A stretch of 64,000 nucleotides of DNA. Origin: Camelus ferus. Lineage: Eukaryota. Below are positions 36,117 to 49,400 of the stretch, piece by piece. Both the position numbers and the translations under genes were made by a program. The notes under the pieces were generated by a model. The model was given only the letters and a program-made list of their open reading frames with translations, ran no database searches and was not told the DNA's origin. The stretch lies in the NCBI RefSeq assembly GCF_009834535.1, contig NC_045706.1:72478001-72542000 (forward strand). Direction: 5' to 3'. The stretch's first letter is position 1, and the number at the start of each line of letters is the position of its first letter.

Positions 36117-39100
36117 ATGTGAGCTAAAACTTCATCTAACATTATGGCAAACTGATAGATAATGGCTAAACTAACAAATAATAACTAGTACAAGGCTATT
36201 ATTGAGACATATGGCAGAAATGCTGGTATCTTTTTATACCTATACCTACAGGTTTTATATCAGCTAGCAGCAATCCTCTGTTTTTCTAATTTATGTACTA
36301 TTATCTGGGAGACAGGCTATCTCATCCCTCACTCACTGTTCTATACATTTTATAATTAACATCACTAAATTTACTCTGCATCAAATGCTAAACATTATAC
36401 TTGAAATAAGCTACCAAGTTCTGGACTTTGACATTTAGTTTTATTTTTGAATTAGTTTTTTAAAATTTTATCAAAATAGTACTAGAGTGGGTAGTTATTG
36501 GTGGTTACTGATTTTTTTAAAAAAATGTTTTAACATAAAACTACTTAGATATGCATTTCCTTAAATTCTCACTACATTTTGACCTTGAACTACATAATAG
36601 GTTATGAAAAAATTCCACTGTCTTGAATCAATATAATAATATTTAACAAATGCAGATTTAGCAAGCCAATAAAGACATTTATCACTATTTTAACCTTTTG
36701 TTACTTGTCCTCCTTATTATCTGGTAATTTCTATTAAAAGAGTACAATGCAAGATAATTTATGGAGTTATACAAGTATTTCAATGCTGAATACTTGTGTG
36801 TGTGTAAGTTATTGAGGAAGATAGGGAAGAGATTCTCTCCTCTTCCCAGGGGTGTTTATGAGGAAATTGGATGCCATAATCCATTAAAATAGAACTTCAC
36901 ATTTTTCTGTAAGCACTGTGTATGGAACGCACTTTTAACAGCGTGAAAATGTAAAATGTCCTATGCAAATATATACTCTAATTATAGAGGCTGCTTTTAA
37001 CACGAGGTTGAAATTCTGAAAGCCTACTTCTGAGAACGTGGCTTAGCCACTTAAATAGCAGAGCTGATAAAACACGTATTTCAAGTAAGTTTGGGAGGTT
37101 TGGAATATTATCTTTATTTATCCTTATGTAACCAGGAACATATGGGATGTAACTAAAGAGAAAAAGGAAAGATGAGTTGCATGAGTTTTGAAAAAAATGA
37201 GACCTATATTTTTATATTCATAAGTAAGGATAGAAATTAAAGGTCTTTAACACAGACTTAAGAAATACATGTATCAACCTGTAACACATTCTTTCTCCTA
37301 AGACATCATTAGAACATCTGAGGGCCCGAGAGAAGAAAAAGCAGCTCAATTTTAAAGGACAGATTTTGGAGATACAAAGGGTTTTGATCTTTTTTCTTTT
37401 GGTTATACTAAGATGTTGAATCAGAAGTAATAATTTTCTGGTTATTTTTAATGGGCCTGTATTTCTCTAAATAAATGACTGCAAAGTACCTGTATTACCA
37501 ATATGCAGCCGTGCTTTCAACTGTCACTGAGTGCTTGAAATAGAAATCAACTTTTAAAGAGTGAAGGCTAAGTTTCAGGTCATAAAAAAGAACGTGGGAT
37601 ATGACACTGTACTAGGTATTCACTCATGACACCATAGAATAAAACAAGAAAAAATACAGCTGGTTACTGCAGTGTCTTCATCACATCCTATATCTAGTTC
37701 TCCCTCTGTTTTCTATTAATTGAAATTATTTTCCAATCTACTGTGGCCTTTTCCATCTCTTACTGCTCTCCTTCTGGCAGTGAGTAACTCAGAGTCAAGA
37801 ATTTTGTGGCCTACTTTCTCATACATTTTTTTAGACGAATTTTTAAAACCATGTCAAACATTCTCATTTTTAAAACTTGATTTCAATATCCTCAAAACAA
37901 AGAATTTTGATCAATTCATGATTTTTCCCCAGAAGGACTAATGATTTTTATAACTAAACAATGTAAAGATTACCAACAAAACTAAAAAGACTTCTTGAAT
38001 TATTTTATAAGGATATATTTTTATAGCTTTAAAAATAATCTCGAGGCACTTTGGGAACAGTTTCAGTGGGTTACATAACATCCAATGAGGTTAGGCAACT
38101 TTCTGGAAGTAGCACACAGAATCTACACCTATTTGTGCTAATCTAGGGTTTTATGTGCCAATAATAACCTTACTCTTTCAAAAATCAGTATAGATGCGAA
38201 TTTCCACACCACAGTGTTACCAGTGGGATTAAAATGTATTTTCAATGCAAACATGCTCATGTTTCTCAGTAGGAGTCTCTGTGGCCAGGAACAGAAGCGT
38301 GACCTTGGTCTTATCCAGATGGGCAGATACTATTAGCAGAAAGAGGAGGCAGGAGAGGAGCTGGGAAAAACCATGAACCTTTGAAAGAAACTGCTGTTTG
38401 AAAAGTAAAAAAGTACATACTCTTTGGGAAAAAAGGCTTTGTTTATTGTATTTTTATTGCATGCTTAGCTACTGTGGCAAATATAGTATTGACTTTGTCA
38501 CACTGACTTCCCACACAAACGGAGGAAAGCAAGATCAGAATGACTGATCAGCCTGCTACAGGCCCAGAGGTAGCTGCGTTCTTCCTCCCTGACACTGTGC
38601 AGACTTACAACTTCAGTGGTACCAGAATTCATGCAGTTATTTCCCTCCTCCAACACTGATTAAAAATTGGCAAGGTAAATGTAGTTTCTAATTTCTCCTG
38701 GTCTAAGTCCATAATTATGTTGCCTGTCAGGACAAATGGTGAGCAAACCAGACCAAAAAATTCTTCATGCTACTCGTCATACAAATTTACCTATATCTGA
38801 TGGACGCAACAGTGGTCAATGAAAAATGTGATGTGTTTTACGATGTAGAAGTTCTCACAAAGGGAAAAATTCAACTTATATTTATCTAAAATTCTTTCAC
38901 AAATGTGCTTTCTTCCACTACTGTTTTTCATGTTTTATTACTAGTTGTTTCTGATTGCTTTTGCTATAATTTAAATTAAAAGGTGGGGGTTGGAAACTAG
39001 TATATTCAAGAATTTTTTAGAAATTGGTACTATGAGATGCACTACGTATACTTTTAAGTATACAGTCAGAACTTCATCCCATAATAATGCCCAAATAAAG

Positions 39101-41224
39101 CATATTAATGTATTAATTCCGTAAGTATGATTGTAATAATTGCTTCTCTATTCAACAGATTTACTACTGCCTTACTTGTAAGAAGATTAGTTACATTATA
39201 ATCTTTTAATTGTCTTTAACTCCTGGGGAGGATAAAAAAAAAAAAAAGAATTTCATTCTGAAACATGTTTCAAAAATAATTTTATGTAAAAAATTTAGTA
39301 ACATATATATATATATGTCCTGTTGAAAACTATACGTATCTCTAAAACAAATGTTTTAGTCTGTAGGAGACGTCACAAACTTCCTAGAAAAATGAGATAG
39401 TCCTTTTAAAGTGGCAGAAGTGATATAAGCAAATTCCTTGGTTTTCCTTTACTCACAGAAGGTGTATCAAGTTAATTATACTTTTCTCAGCCTGATTTCC
39501 TTTACCTAGAAAGCATGTAAATTAACTGACAAAGGAAAATTATCTAATGTCATGTTTGCAATATAATTCACATTTTACTTTTAGTCATTTCTCTCTGCTT
39601 TATTGATGCCAGAATTAAATTCAGTGAAACTAAAGGGACTCATGGTTGAAACAAACTGTTTCTAAAGTCTGCTCTTTTTCTATTTCAAAAGTCAATTGCA
39701 CCATAAAATATGGTTTTTACCTGTGGAATAAAAAAGGGAAGAAATTCTAAGAAAAGTTTGAAGTTAGCAATAATTTACGAATAAGAACCTCCGAGTGTGA
39801 GAAGTCAATTTTATGACTCTTAGGCTCATTATTCTTTAAATTTATAATAAAGGAATGGCCATTTCTTAGACAAATCCAGAATTGCTACATTCTCAGCCTG
39901 TGAGCTGACACAGACACTGAGTGATTCTGTGGGAAAATAAAAACCATCATGTTTGGTCTGGTGATACTTTTCCACAGTTGAAGAAAGCTGAGGAGGCTGA
40001 TTAGAAGTAAAATAAAGGCAGAGGTGGACATAAACACATTCACTGGGGATGCAGCGAACTGAGCAAGATTCTGCTGAAGACTATCCTGTGATACAATGTG
40101 GCAGCTCTGCTCCGCCCAGGGAAATCACCTGAAGATGAGTACATGCTCATCTGACTTGTGTCTGGGTTTGGGGTGTAGTTCAAGACTCATCTGCTCAGTC
40201 GTCCTGCTTTCTGGGAGAACTGAGGAGTTCAGTCAAACTGTTTATCCCAAGTTATATATTTTTGTTCATGTGAATCAGGAGCTTGAAGTCCCACTTCTTA
40301 GATGGACAGCAAATATGAGTGAATAAACAGACAAAATTAGCACATGAAACTATTGTGCTAACAAATGGAATTAAAAAAAGATCTGTCTTGCTTTAAAACT
40401 TACTAACCATTGTTTCTTTTGAATATTTTTATTTAGTTAGGAAATCATAAAATGATCTGAAAAACACATAATAATCCGCTATAGAAAAGAATTCTAATTA
40501 ATTTCTCAGTAAGAGTTCACTATCCATTTTAAATAGACTAAAACTCAAGACTTTTTGGGTTTTAAGGACTCAAACATAAAGACAAATGAGCATAAAATTC
40601 CCTTCAAAGCAAGACAGTGAGTTTGTGCAGTCTGCAACACACTGTCACGTGAACATGCCTTTCATGTTCATGTGAAAGGCCTCTTACTAGCCAGAGGAAG
40701 AGCGCTTGTCAGCCACACTTGAGGAAACCGCACGTTGCAAGGAACAAGGTGCTCCCTCCCTGCAACCCCAGAAGACAGAAGAAAGGCTGAGGAAGCCAGG
40801 CTGGGCCCTCTGTGTTTTCCCCAGCTGCAGTTCGGGATGGACCGTCAGGGCCCCAGCACCACGCTACCCTGGCCGCCTTCTTCACAGTAGCCTTGGTGAG
40901 CATGCGCAATGCCTAATGGCCTCAAAACATGTGGGAAAGTTCTCTTTCAATACAGAAAAGGTCCTCAAGACATTTATAGCCCAACTCAGCTATCACAGTT
41001 ATCTGTAAATGACTCTTAAGTTCTAAAAATTAAAGCACATACATCTGCCACCAATTTGTCACTTGGTCTCCTGTGAGGTGGAAAGTAAAACTAAGTGTCT
41101 TAAGTTGTAATAACATCACTGAGATAGTAACAGAACCTCACAAGAAAATTCCTTTGCTTAGGATGCTTTCAATATGCTCACACAACCAAATTTCCCTGTG
41201 TATTTGCTGCCTCAAGGTCAAAGG

Positions 41225-41860
41225 GTAACAGAGGGCAGGAAAAGCATGAAGGTCAGCTTCGCTGTGATGATACACTGAAATTACAATGGAGTGATCACAG
41301 CTCAGGTGTCACAAAGGAAGTCCAGCAGCCACTGAGAATGTGGTCTCAGACAGATCTCTGCCGCACTGAGAACCTGAACTTTCTTTAAACTGTACCAGGT
41401 CCAAGGACACCACCAGCTGTATTCAGAACAGAACCTGCCAGCTGCAACCTTATAGTCTCAAAGTCTCCCCTTGTAACTACTCAGCCATTTCAGAACCCAC
41501 AGATCTTGGCTTAACAAGCACCCTTACTTCTTGCCAGCTCCAATCCTAGTTCTTGACAAGCAATTTTAGTCACCTTGCAGGCTTTTTGCCTCCCCCATTT
41601 TGTAGTCTGGCCTGGTGGAACACAATTCAAATGCTTCTTTTATTTTTAGGGGTTTTTTTGTTGGGGGGAGAGAGGTAATTATGTTTATTTATTGATTTAC
41701 TTTTTTAAGAGGAGGTACGGGGGATTGAACCCAGGACCTTGTTCATGCTAAGCATGCACCCTACCATTTTGAGCTATACCCTCCTCCCTCAAATGCTTCT
41801 TGAATCTGTGTTTCCTGGGCTGCAGGCCTAACAAACCCCAAATAGGTACCATTTTTATTT
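41225..41860 (+). mobile_element. Probable solo LTR (ERV1-like) carrying a SINE insertion
   Basis: The 3' part caaatgcttcttgaatctgtgtttcctgggctgcaggcctaacaaaccccaaata resembles the LTR R region; boundaries uncertain. Confidence 0.45.
41640..41788 (-). mobile_element. tRNA-derived SINE, Vic-1 type, with a perfect 13-bp TSD
   Basis: TSD tcaaatgcttctt at 41627-41639 and 41789-41801; body gaggaggtacgggggattgaacccaggaccttgttcatgctaagcatgcaccctaccattttgagctataccctcc. Confidence 0.93.
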
Positions 41861-42879
41861 AGGTCTCTGGTTCTGAAATTTTGTTTAATAGCTGGTACTT
41901 AAATATTAAGACCACGTAGAACTGGCTTATAAACCATCTTACCCACAAAGTGGATTTCAGCTGGCTTAATAATAAGACCCACAGAACATAATAAACTATA
42001 ATAAAGTAGAAATAAAAGAAGGGATGGAAGACTGAGAAGATATTAGAGCCTAGATTCCCCTCCCTCAGGGCCTTGCAGAGGCAACTCAAATATTCAGAGA
42101 TCAAATAAAGAACAAGCGTGTGTGTGTTTCACTTTAACTTTCTTTTGGGGACGGGGTGGGGTGTGGTGGGGGGGACAGAGGGATTTTTGGACAAAGAGGA
42201 ACTCCAAAGCCTGGGGCTTCAGGTCCCAAAGTTCACATAGGTAGAGAGGGCATTTGGTGATCCACTGTTGCGGGTGGGAGTGGGGTTTATAAAATGGCGA
42301 AGGCTTCACAGCTGAGGAGGAGAACTAAGACTCAGGAGCCTGGGGCCAACCCACTATTCCCTCAGCTCCGAGAGGAGCCGGCCGGCCCGGCAGGGCCAAA
42401 CTCCCCCGCTCCCCGCCAGCCCGCTCACACGGTCTGAGGAGAAGCAGTGAATTCAGCTGATGCAGGCGCACATACTCTGTGGTCTTCCAGACTGCCAGGC
42501 GTGTGCGTGATTTTACTTGTAAGCCTGGTTTCCTAGGAGGTGCCCCCGGATGAGAGCAGCTTATTCAGCCCGTGGGTGGTCAGAGGTTGCACTGAAGCCC
42601 CCCGCCCGGTGCCAAGGAGACATACTATTTGCTGACAGATCTGTCTGCAGCTCGGGGAGCGTTTTCGAGTCTGCGCCTTGGCCTGGTCTGACGGCTGGTG
42701 CGTGAGGGCAGCCGAGTCCACTGCTGCACAGCCTTCCCGACCCCCGGTGGCTGTGACCCCAGGGGGAGGTGTTTTGAAGGGGATTTTGAAAAACCTGTAT
42801 GAGCCAGCTGTCCTACATACACACTTAACTCACAAGGTTTAACTATTTTGAGCTGATCTCTACCCTCTCACCATGTGGG

Positions 42880-43000
42880 TGCTGTTTATTTTACAGATAA
42901 GGACAGATTCAAAAGTTATGGCAAATCCCTGGAGCCACAGTGCCAGCCGTTTGGAGTAGGTGGGGTACACAGATCTGACACCAAAATCTATGCTCTGATG
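42880..43000 (-). mobile_element. MIR fragment
   Basis: ttattttacagataaggacag...ggagccacagtgccag...gatctgacaccaaaatctatgctct. Confidence 0.5.
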
Positions 43001-43219
43001 ATGCCAGGCTGCCCGATACCAGATTCAGCAGAGACAGTGAAGAACACAAAATGAACAAAAAATACATGCCTGAGTCTGAAGTTTGACTCTAGTTTCTGCT
43101 TATACCACTGAACACCCTGTAACTTCTGATGTTAATAATGTGAAAATGACATAGCAATTAACATCTATCACTCACTCACTAAGTACTGAGCATCTGGCAA
43201 ATATTATCTTACTGAATCC

Positions 43220-44229
43220 TGTTGGGGAGAAAACTTGCCACCCCAAATTCTCTCTTTGGCATATGGATTATTTCAAGCTGAAAACAGTAAATGACCAAAA
43301 GACTCAGGAAGGAACTCTTGTAACCAAGCAGGACCCTGTGGGGCCTTCCAAGGACAGACCCCTCTCCTATTATCTCTGAAGCACCCAGATGATAGTATCT
43401 TATGTATATTTCCTGAGTTTTTCAGATGCTAAAAACCACCAACAAAGGGAAGAAATTAGCTACTTGATGATCGAGAGCACATGTGTGGCTCCCAGATCTT
43501 CTGGCATGTGTAGGGGGTGATAATTTTGACCATCCTGTTCCCTCCATATCAACCAATCAGAGGACTGTGCATGAGCTGATCGCGTACCCTGTGACCCTCT
43601 CCCTGACCTGGCCTTTAAACATGCGTTGCTGAAACCCTCCGAGGAGTTCGGGATTTTCTTGGGCATGAGCCACCCTGTCCTCCTCGCCCAGCCCTGCAGT
43701 AAACTTTTCTCTGCTCCAAACTCCAATGTTTCAGTTTGGCCTCATGGTGTGTTGGGCACATGAACTTGCCTTTCTTAACACTCTAACATTCCCCCAACTG
43801 CCTAAAGAATTTAGATAGAGGCCTTGTTACCAGAATGGAGCTTTCCCCAGAGATACCTGCAGGACTGTGGGCCAGGTTGGGGGGGGGGGGACTCCAGGCA
43901 GGGCGTCAGCATCAGTCTGCTCTGTGTCCCTGCCTCTGCTTGGCCCAGCAAACGCTGGTTTACCAAATGTGGCTTTTCTATCTTCATATGAATTGCCTTC
44001 CTCCCCACTTTGATCCACACACCTGTCCCCAATGTCCTCTTTTGTCTTCAGCTGAAGGTGAGAGTTTCAGTCATGTCGGCGAGGTACTAAGTTTTCCTGG
44101 GTCTCCCTTATGTACACGTTATCAAACTTTTACGTGATTTTCTCCTGTTAATTAGTCTCACATCACTTTAATGCTTAGACCAACCAGAGAAACCCAGAAG
44201 GGTAGAGGAAAATGTCTTCTTCCCTAACA
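43220..44229 (+). mobile_element. MER34-like solo LTR (outer element of a nest)
   Basis: Starts tgttggggagaaaacttgccaccccaaattctctctttggcatatggattattt; ends cccagaagggtagaggaaaatgtcttcttccctaaca; both resemble recalled MER34 termini. Confidence 0.8.
43319..43780 (+). mobile_element. Solo ERV1 LTR nested in the MER34-like LTR
   Basis: TG...CA ends (tgtaaccaagcagg...tttcttaaca), 4-bp TSD ctct (43315-43318, 43781-43784), CCAAT (accaatcag), cctttaaa TATA-like box, gcagtaaac poly(A)-like signal. Confidence 0.88.
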
Positions 44230-44744
44230 ACTCTCCCCCACAAGAGAGGTGCTGTTGCCCTGGGGCTGTGGTCCGGGCCGCACGGCACAGAGCTCTCACA
44301 GGAGAGGCTGGGGCTCGTGGCCTCCCTGCAGAGCATTACCACTGACTGATGCCCAGGTTATGCAGGGTTGCCACAGAAATGGTACAGAGACTTAATTCCT
44401 TCAGGATGTTTCATATTATCCATTATTCTTATCTGTCAATTTTGAATTTCAGAGATAATTGTTTAATTATAAAAGATGGCTCTTTTACTAACAATTTTGT
44501 CATTAGCCAGCATGTCTTTCATAGAATTAACTGAAATTTGTTTGTTATAATTGAAGGTCTTGACCTCAATTTTTGCTTTCATAGAAACCAGCCAATTCTG
44601 TTTACCAATTTGCCTAGCACCATACAACTACTAAATATGTGATGTCTACTCCCAGGATATCCAGGATCTTGCCTAATAAAGTCATGGCAAAGAACATCTT
44701 TTATCCACATTTTCCCTCAAGAGTAATCAGGTTTCTTTAGCGAC

Positions 44745-45057
44745 TGTGATGTTTAGTTTGATGTGTCAGCTTGGTTGGGCTATGGTAACTGGTTTGGGGT
44801 CAAACACTAGTCTAGATGTTGTGATGAAGGTATTTTTTAGATGTGGTTAACATTTAAATCAGGAGACTCTGAGGAAAGCAGATTACACCTCATAATAAGG
44901 ATGGGCTTCATACAACCCAGTTGAGAGCATTAAGGAAAAAAGGCTAGTGCCAGGCAATTCCTTAAAATCAACCCCCTCTCTCTGTATGTAAGTCTCATAC
45001 ACACACACACACACCTCTCTTATTGGTTCTGTTGTCTGGAGAACCCTGACTAATATA
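44745..45057 (+). mobile_element. MLT2 (ERVL) LTR, internally deleted
   Basis: tgtgatgtttagtttgatgtgtcagcttggttgggctatgg...tattggttctgttgtctggagaaccctgactaata, the MLT2 termini. Confidence 0.85.
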
Positions 45058-45559
45058 GAGAGAAAGGAAAAGAGGAGAAAATTGAGGCAGAGAAGCGGGG
45101 AGATTTCTGAGACCCCTTTCTGCGCTCGCCCATGACTGCAAACCTCCATTCTGGAAGCAAAGGTTTGCAAGGGGAACTAAGGGCTACCACCTGGGCTCTG
45201 CTTTTGCATGTGGAAACTCAGTAGTTTCCTGCAATCAAATCCTTCACCTTTTTTTCCTGAAACAGCTTCCTGCTGTCTTCTTTTCTCTTGCACTTCACAG
45301 TCCTAAATCCTATTCAGGAGAGAAGGTGCTAAACTATTCACAATATTTTGATACTTAACAGACGTACATATTGTCCAAAGTCATAAAGATAAAGTCCAGA
45401 AATCCAGTGTAGAAGTAAAGTACATTCTTATATTAGTTTCTGTTTCTTTTATGCCTGAAAATAAAAATTCAGCTCATGACTGACTCCTTGAGATGAAACC
45501 CATCAAGTACCTTATAAGCTTACTCTGAGAACAAGCATTAAAACAAAGCAATTTCTCAC

Positions 45560-45611
45560 CATTTATGAGTCTCTGTCAGTGAGGTCTCCTCTGCTTCTTG
45601 GTCAATTTTAG
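45560..45611 (-). CDS. FMN2: Formin-2 coding exon (human exon 15 equivalent), FH2 region, 52 nt
   Basis: Minus strand: cattttcag|CTAAAATTGACC...ACTCATAAATG|gtgaga; translates (A)KIDQEAEETSLTETHK(C), matching recalled FMN2 sequence; phase 1/2 fits the next exon. Confidence 0.95.
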
Positions 45612-46217
45612 CTGAAAATGCAAGAAAAGATCAGATAAATAATAAACGGCTATACTACCTCAAGCAAAACAGATCCAAGTAACACAAAATGTATTTTAAT
45701 ACATTATTAACCCTAATGTACTCCAGCCAGGAATTTATTTTAAATCTATGAACAGGTATGATTGAAGTGGCTATATTTTCTAAGTAATTTCTTTATATCA
45801 GTCACATTAACCTGAGAAAACAAAACACTAGCTAACTTGATATTCATATCAAATGTTTGTGTCAAGAATTTAAATGCCAATAATTAGTTGAAAATAATTC
45901 TCTCAAGCAATGGTACAAAAACCAAGTAAAAAACCTAAATAGAAATCACATGTGATCTTCATTCGTGCTCCTCACACCAGATCACAAGTGAACAGACCCA
46001 GAGATTATTTCTATGGAGATGTAATGCAAAATATGTTTTCCACTAACTCCAAGTGGGGAGAAGACAGTGCATCCATTTATCTGCCCTTAGATTTGTCTAA
46101 AAATGAAGAATGGTATTCTGACACAAACCCAAAGAAAAAATTTGGGAAAGAGATTAATCACTATTTTAAAATTATTTAAAATAACATAGAAAACCTCATC
46201 ATATAAAATACGCATGG

Positions 46218-46433
46218 CAGTGACTTTCACATTTTTTGACCAATAAGCATTCTAGGAATTTATGTATTATTGTACACACATACACACATATTTGACATAA
46301 AAGTTTCAAAAATGCTCCTACTTCACGCAATGTAGTATTTTTTCTTCTGTTAGATCTCAAACTGCAGTCATGACCCACTGAACTGACTTCCTGCTTCACT
46401 AATGATCTGTGACACACAGTGTGAAAGTCACTG
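46218..46433. mobile_element. hAT-Charlie-type MITE with perfect 14-bp TIRs
   Basis: CAGTGACTTTCACA (46218-46231) and TGTGAAAGTCACTG (46420-46433); MER-like subterminal sequence gtcatgacccact...aatgatctgtgacacacag; the 8-bp TSD is not recognisable. Confidence 0.7.
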
Positions 46434-49400
46434 AGCTACTGGATAAAAAGTGAAAAACATCAATTTAAAAAACTCTGGAGCTAGTGAAAGAAGCTATCCT
46501 TTCATAATCATTCCCCTTCGGGTCACACTTGGGGCCATTTGGAGAAACTAGAAGACAAAGTGGAGCAGGGAAAATCGATTATAAAAGCTGGAACTGGGCA
46601 TGAAATCAAACTGATGGTCACTCGGGAATCGTCAAAGCATCTCCGTTACTACTTAAAACGCAGCCACCCAGCTCAGGCTCCTTCATGTTTTACAATCTCA
46701 AGACGGCTGTCTGTGTGAAGGCCTCTGCAGCACCTGCAAAGCCGCCGTGGAGTGTCACGTGGCCACTCTTTGCAGGACTGTCAGTGTCAGAACTTAACAG
46801 GGATCGCTGGAGCTGGCAGCAGAGATTTTTTTCCCCTTTTTCTTTTTATTCTTTAGATTGTTTACATAACTTATAGGTCAATCACTAGCCATATTAAAAA
46901 ACAGAGTAAATGTTCCACGAGTTCACTCTGAAAAGTCTCCAACATGAACACACTCTCTTACAAAACTTGCTCTGTGCTGTGTGGCATGAGAATGGCTTGC
47001 TTCCAGGAGCAATTCTAGAACCACATAAAGTTTGTTTACGGGAAAACGACAAAGCACCATAATGCGTATCATTTACAGGAAGGATATTCTTCCAATTGAC
47101 ATTGTGTGTCTTTCTTTTTCTTTCGTAAAGTCTAGAGGTTAAGGCTGACATTAGAATAAAAATTCTGAACTATTTTAGAGGAATAAAGTAAATAATTTAT
47201 GAAATTTAAAATACCCTAGAATGAGATTTCAGAGATCTGTTTTCTGTTCCTGATTCTGCCGCTGAAATTAGCTATGTAATCTTAGGCAAATAGACCAATT
47301 TGTTAACATACACAAAATATTTAGCATAGTGCCCCAATAATTATCAGGGACTAACTAAATGTTCTTTGAAAATGCTGGATTTCAAGCTCCTGAAATTCCT
47401 GAAGTGATATAATATGTAATAATGTTTAACTGAAAACATCAACTTATTTTATCATGTTTCAACATTACATGCAGAAAAAGCAAGCACATACTTAAAGCTT
47501 TTCAGAAAACATAAGCCCCTAAATGGTGAGTGGGCTGTGAATGAAGTGAGCCTGACTTGTTCACAATGGCTCCTTGCGATGTGTGCTACAACAGCTCTTG
47601 CTTCACTGTATGAGCAAGTTTTGCTGAAAAAACATTTGAATTCAATGTGGCCGAAGACTGATTCTTACTAAAGGAATAAAACATAAAAACAGACCCTCTT
47701 CCAAAACCTAACAGCCACATTACAACCATAAAACCAAACTAGAATAGCAAGGGATACTTAAAAATATTGTATTATCCATTATTTTACATGACTTTGAAGC
47801 TGAGAGGATTTGTGTCCTCAGCTGTAATTAGCTTTGATAGACAGTCCAATGAGAGATCAAAGAAAGTACATTAGAACACAAATGTCGACTCCTGATGAAG
47901 AGTGGACTGAAGAGACTTTCCTTTGTATGACAGTCTTAGAAATAAAACAATGTTCTGAAAACCTGGGGTGCAATTCAGTTTTCTGGTAACACTGAGATAC
48001 CATTTTCCAATATGCTGCCTGTATAAACACACCATCAACATTTTGTTATCACGATTCTTTTAAACATACTCATGATGTTACCTTAGTGACAATGCAGGAT
48101 TTAGTTTCTTTAGTTAGTGAGGATGAAACCTATCGAACTAAAATAAAATTTAATTAAGTTAGTAAAAATTAAGATGTCTTTTACGAATAAAACAACTCCG
48201 CCATTCATTTAGGGAGTACCCATGCTAACCACATGAGGTGACGGAAATCTTAAACCAATTGTGTTTTTCAGTTTGAGTAAAAACTTTGACAGGCTGTGTA
48301 CCATGTATGTTATTTGCACAGTTTTTCAAGGTAAAAATTGAACATGACCTAGAAGTAAGATTACTTCCTATAAATGATGTAAACTTCTAATGGCTAATTA
48401 TTTCATTCCTTGACCTTTTGTTTAGAAATACAAAGATTATTTTTAGTTAATTTCTAATGGCAAAGAAGGCTTTGTAACTAGCTTTGAAAGCCAGCATTAC
48501 TTTTAGCAGCACTTTCCTACCTATTTATAATCTGCTATCAATAAATTTTATTATACCAAAGTATATAAAATTAATTATAAAAGACAGAAAAGATTCCAAT
48601 TTTCTACTTCAAGATTTTCCCTTTCTTTATAGCACATGGCTCATTTTTTTTTTTTTTTGACATATCAAATGAGGATGGCAGCCTTCTAGTTTGTTCATGG
48701 TAACGGTTAACTATAGGAAAGCTTTAAAAAGCACTTAAAACAGACAACCAGGCACAGGCATGGTTTATAGTGACCCTCACTTGTCATCCCATCACCAGAG
48801 GCTCCCAGGAAACCCTGTCCACCTTCCACAGAGGCATCTGTGTGCCTCCTAATGGACACCACTGCCCAAGGCTTCCCTGGCCTCAGATCTCTGGGAACAA
48901 CTGCTTTTCCCACACTTTGCGTGAAAAAGCTGCTTCCTTGGCAAGATGTTCCCACCACTCTGCCTCTCATTTTCAGATCCCACCAGGGTCAGTGTTTGGG
49001 GTAGAACATAAGATTTAGAGTCAAAAAGACCTGGGTATGAAAACTACATCAGCCACTAAATTGTGTGCGATTTTAATAACTCTGATGGTCACTTTTATAT
49101 AGTAGCTTTTCTTTATCACTAAAACACGGTAGTAATTTCTTCCCTGTTGAGTTGCTTGATTAAATAATGTATAAACACCAGCTGCATCCTAATAATCTTT
49201 TTATCTTTCCTCTCCTCAGCACATTACTGTGACTATAAAAAGGACTGGGATATGTTGCTTTCAAAATGCAAACAGTCCAGGATGTCAAGAAAGAACTATC
49301 CAATGGAGACAGGATGGAAATACAATGGAAAACAGTTGGCCAAAAAGCTGTGTTCAGCTTGTACTGCGGCAGGTCCAGCCTCTCAGTGTGATAACAAGCA

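Noticed and set aside
40645-40675. 13-bp hairpin tcacgtgaacatg-ccttt-catgttcatgtga
   Set aside because: Too short for a pre-miRNA and has no other supporting context.
47505-47531. Plus-strand ttttcag...AAATG|gtgagt mimicking the ends of exon 15
   Set aside because: The interior is unrelated to exon 15 and it lies on the wrong strand; coincidental splice-like motifs.
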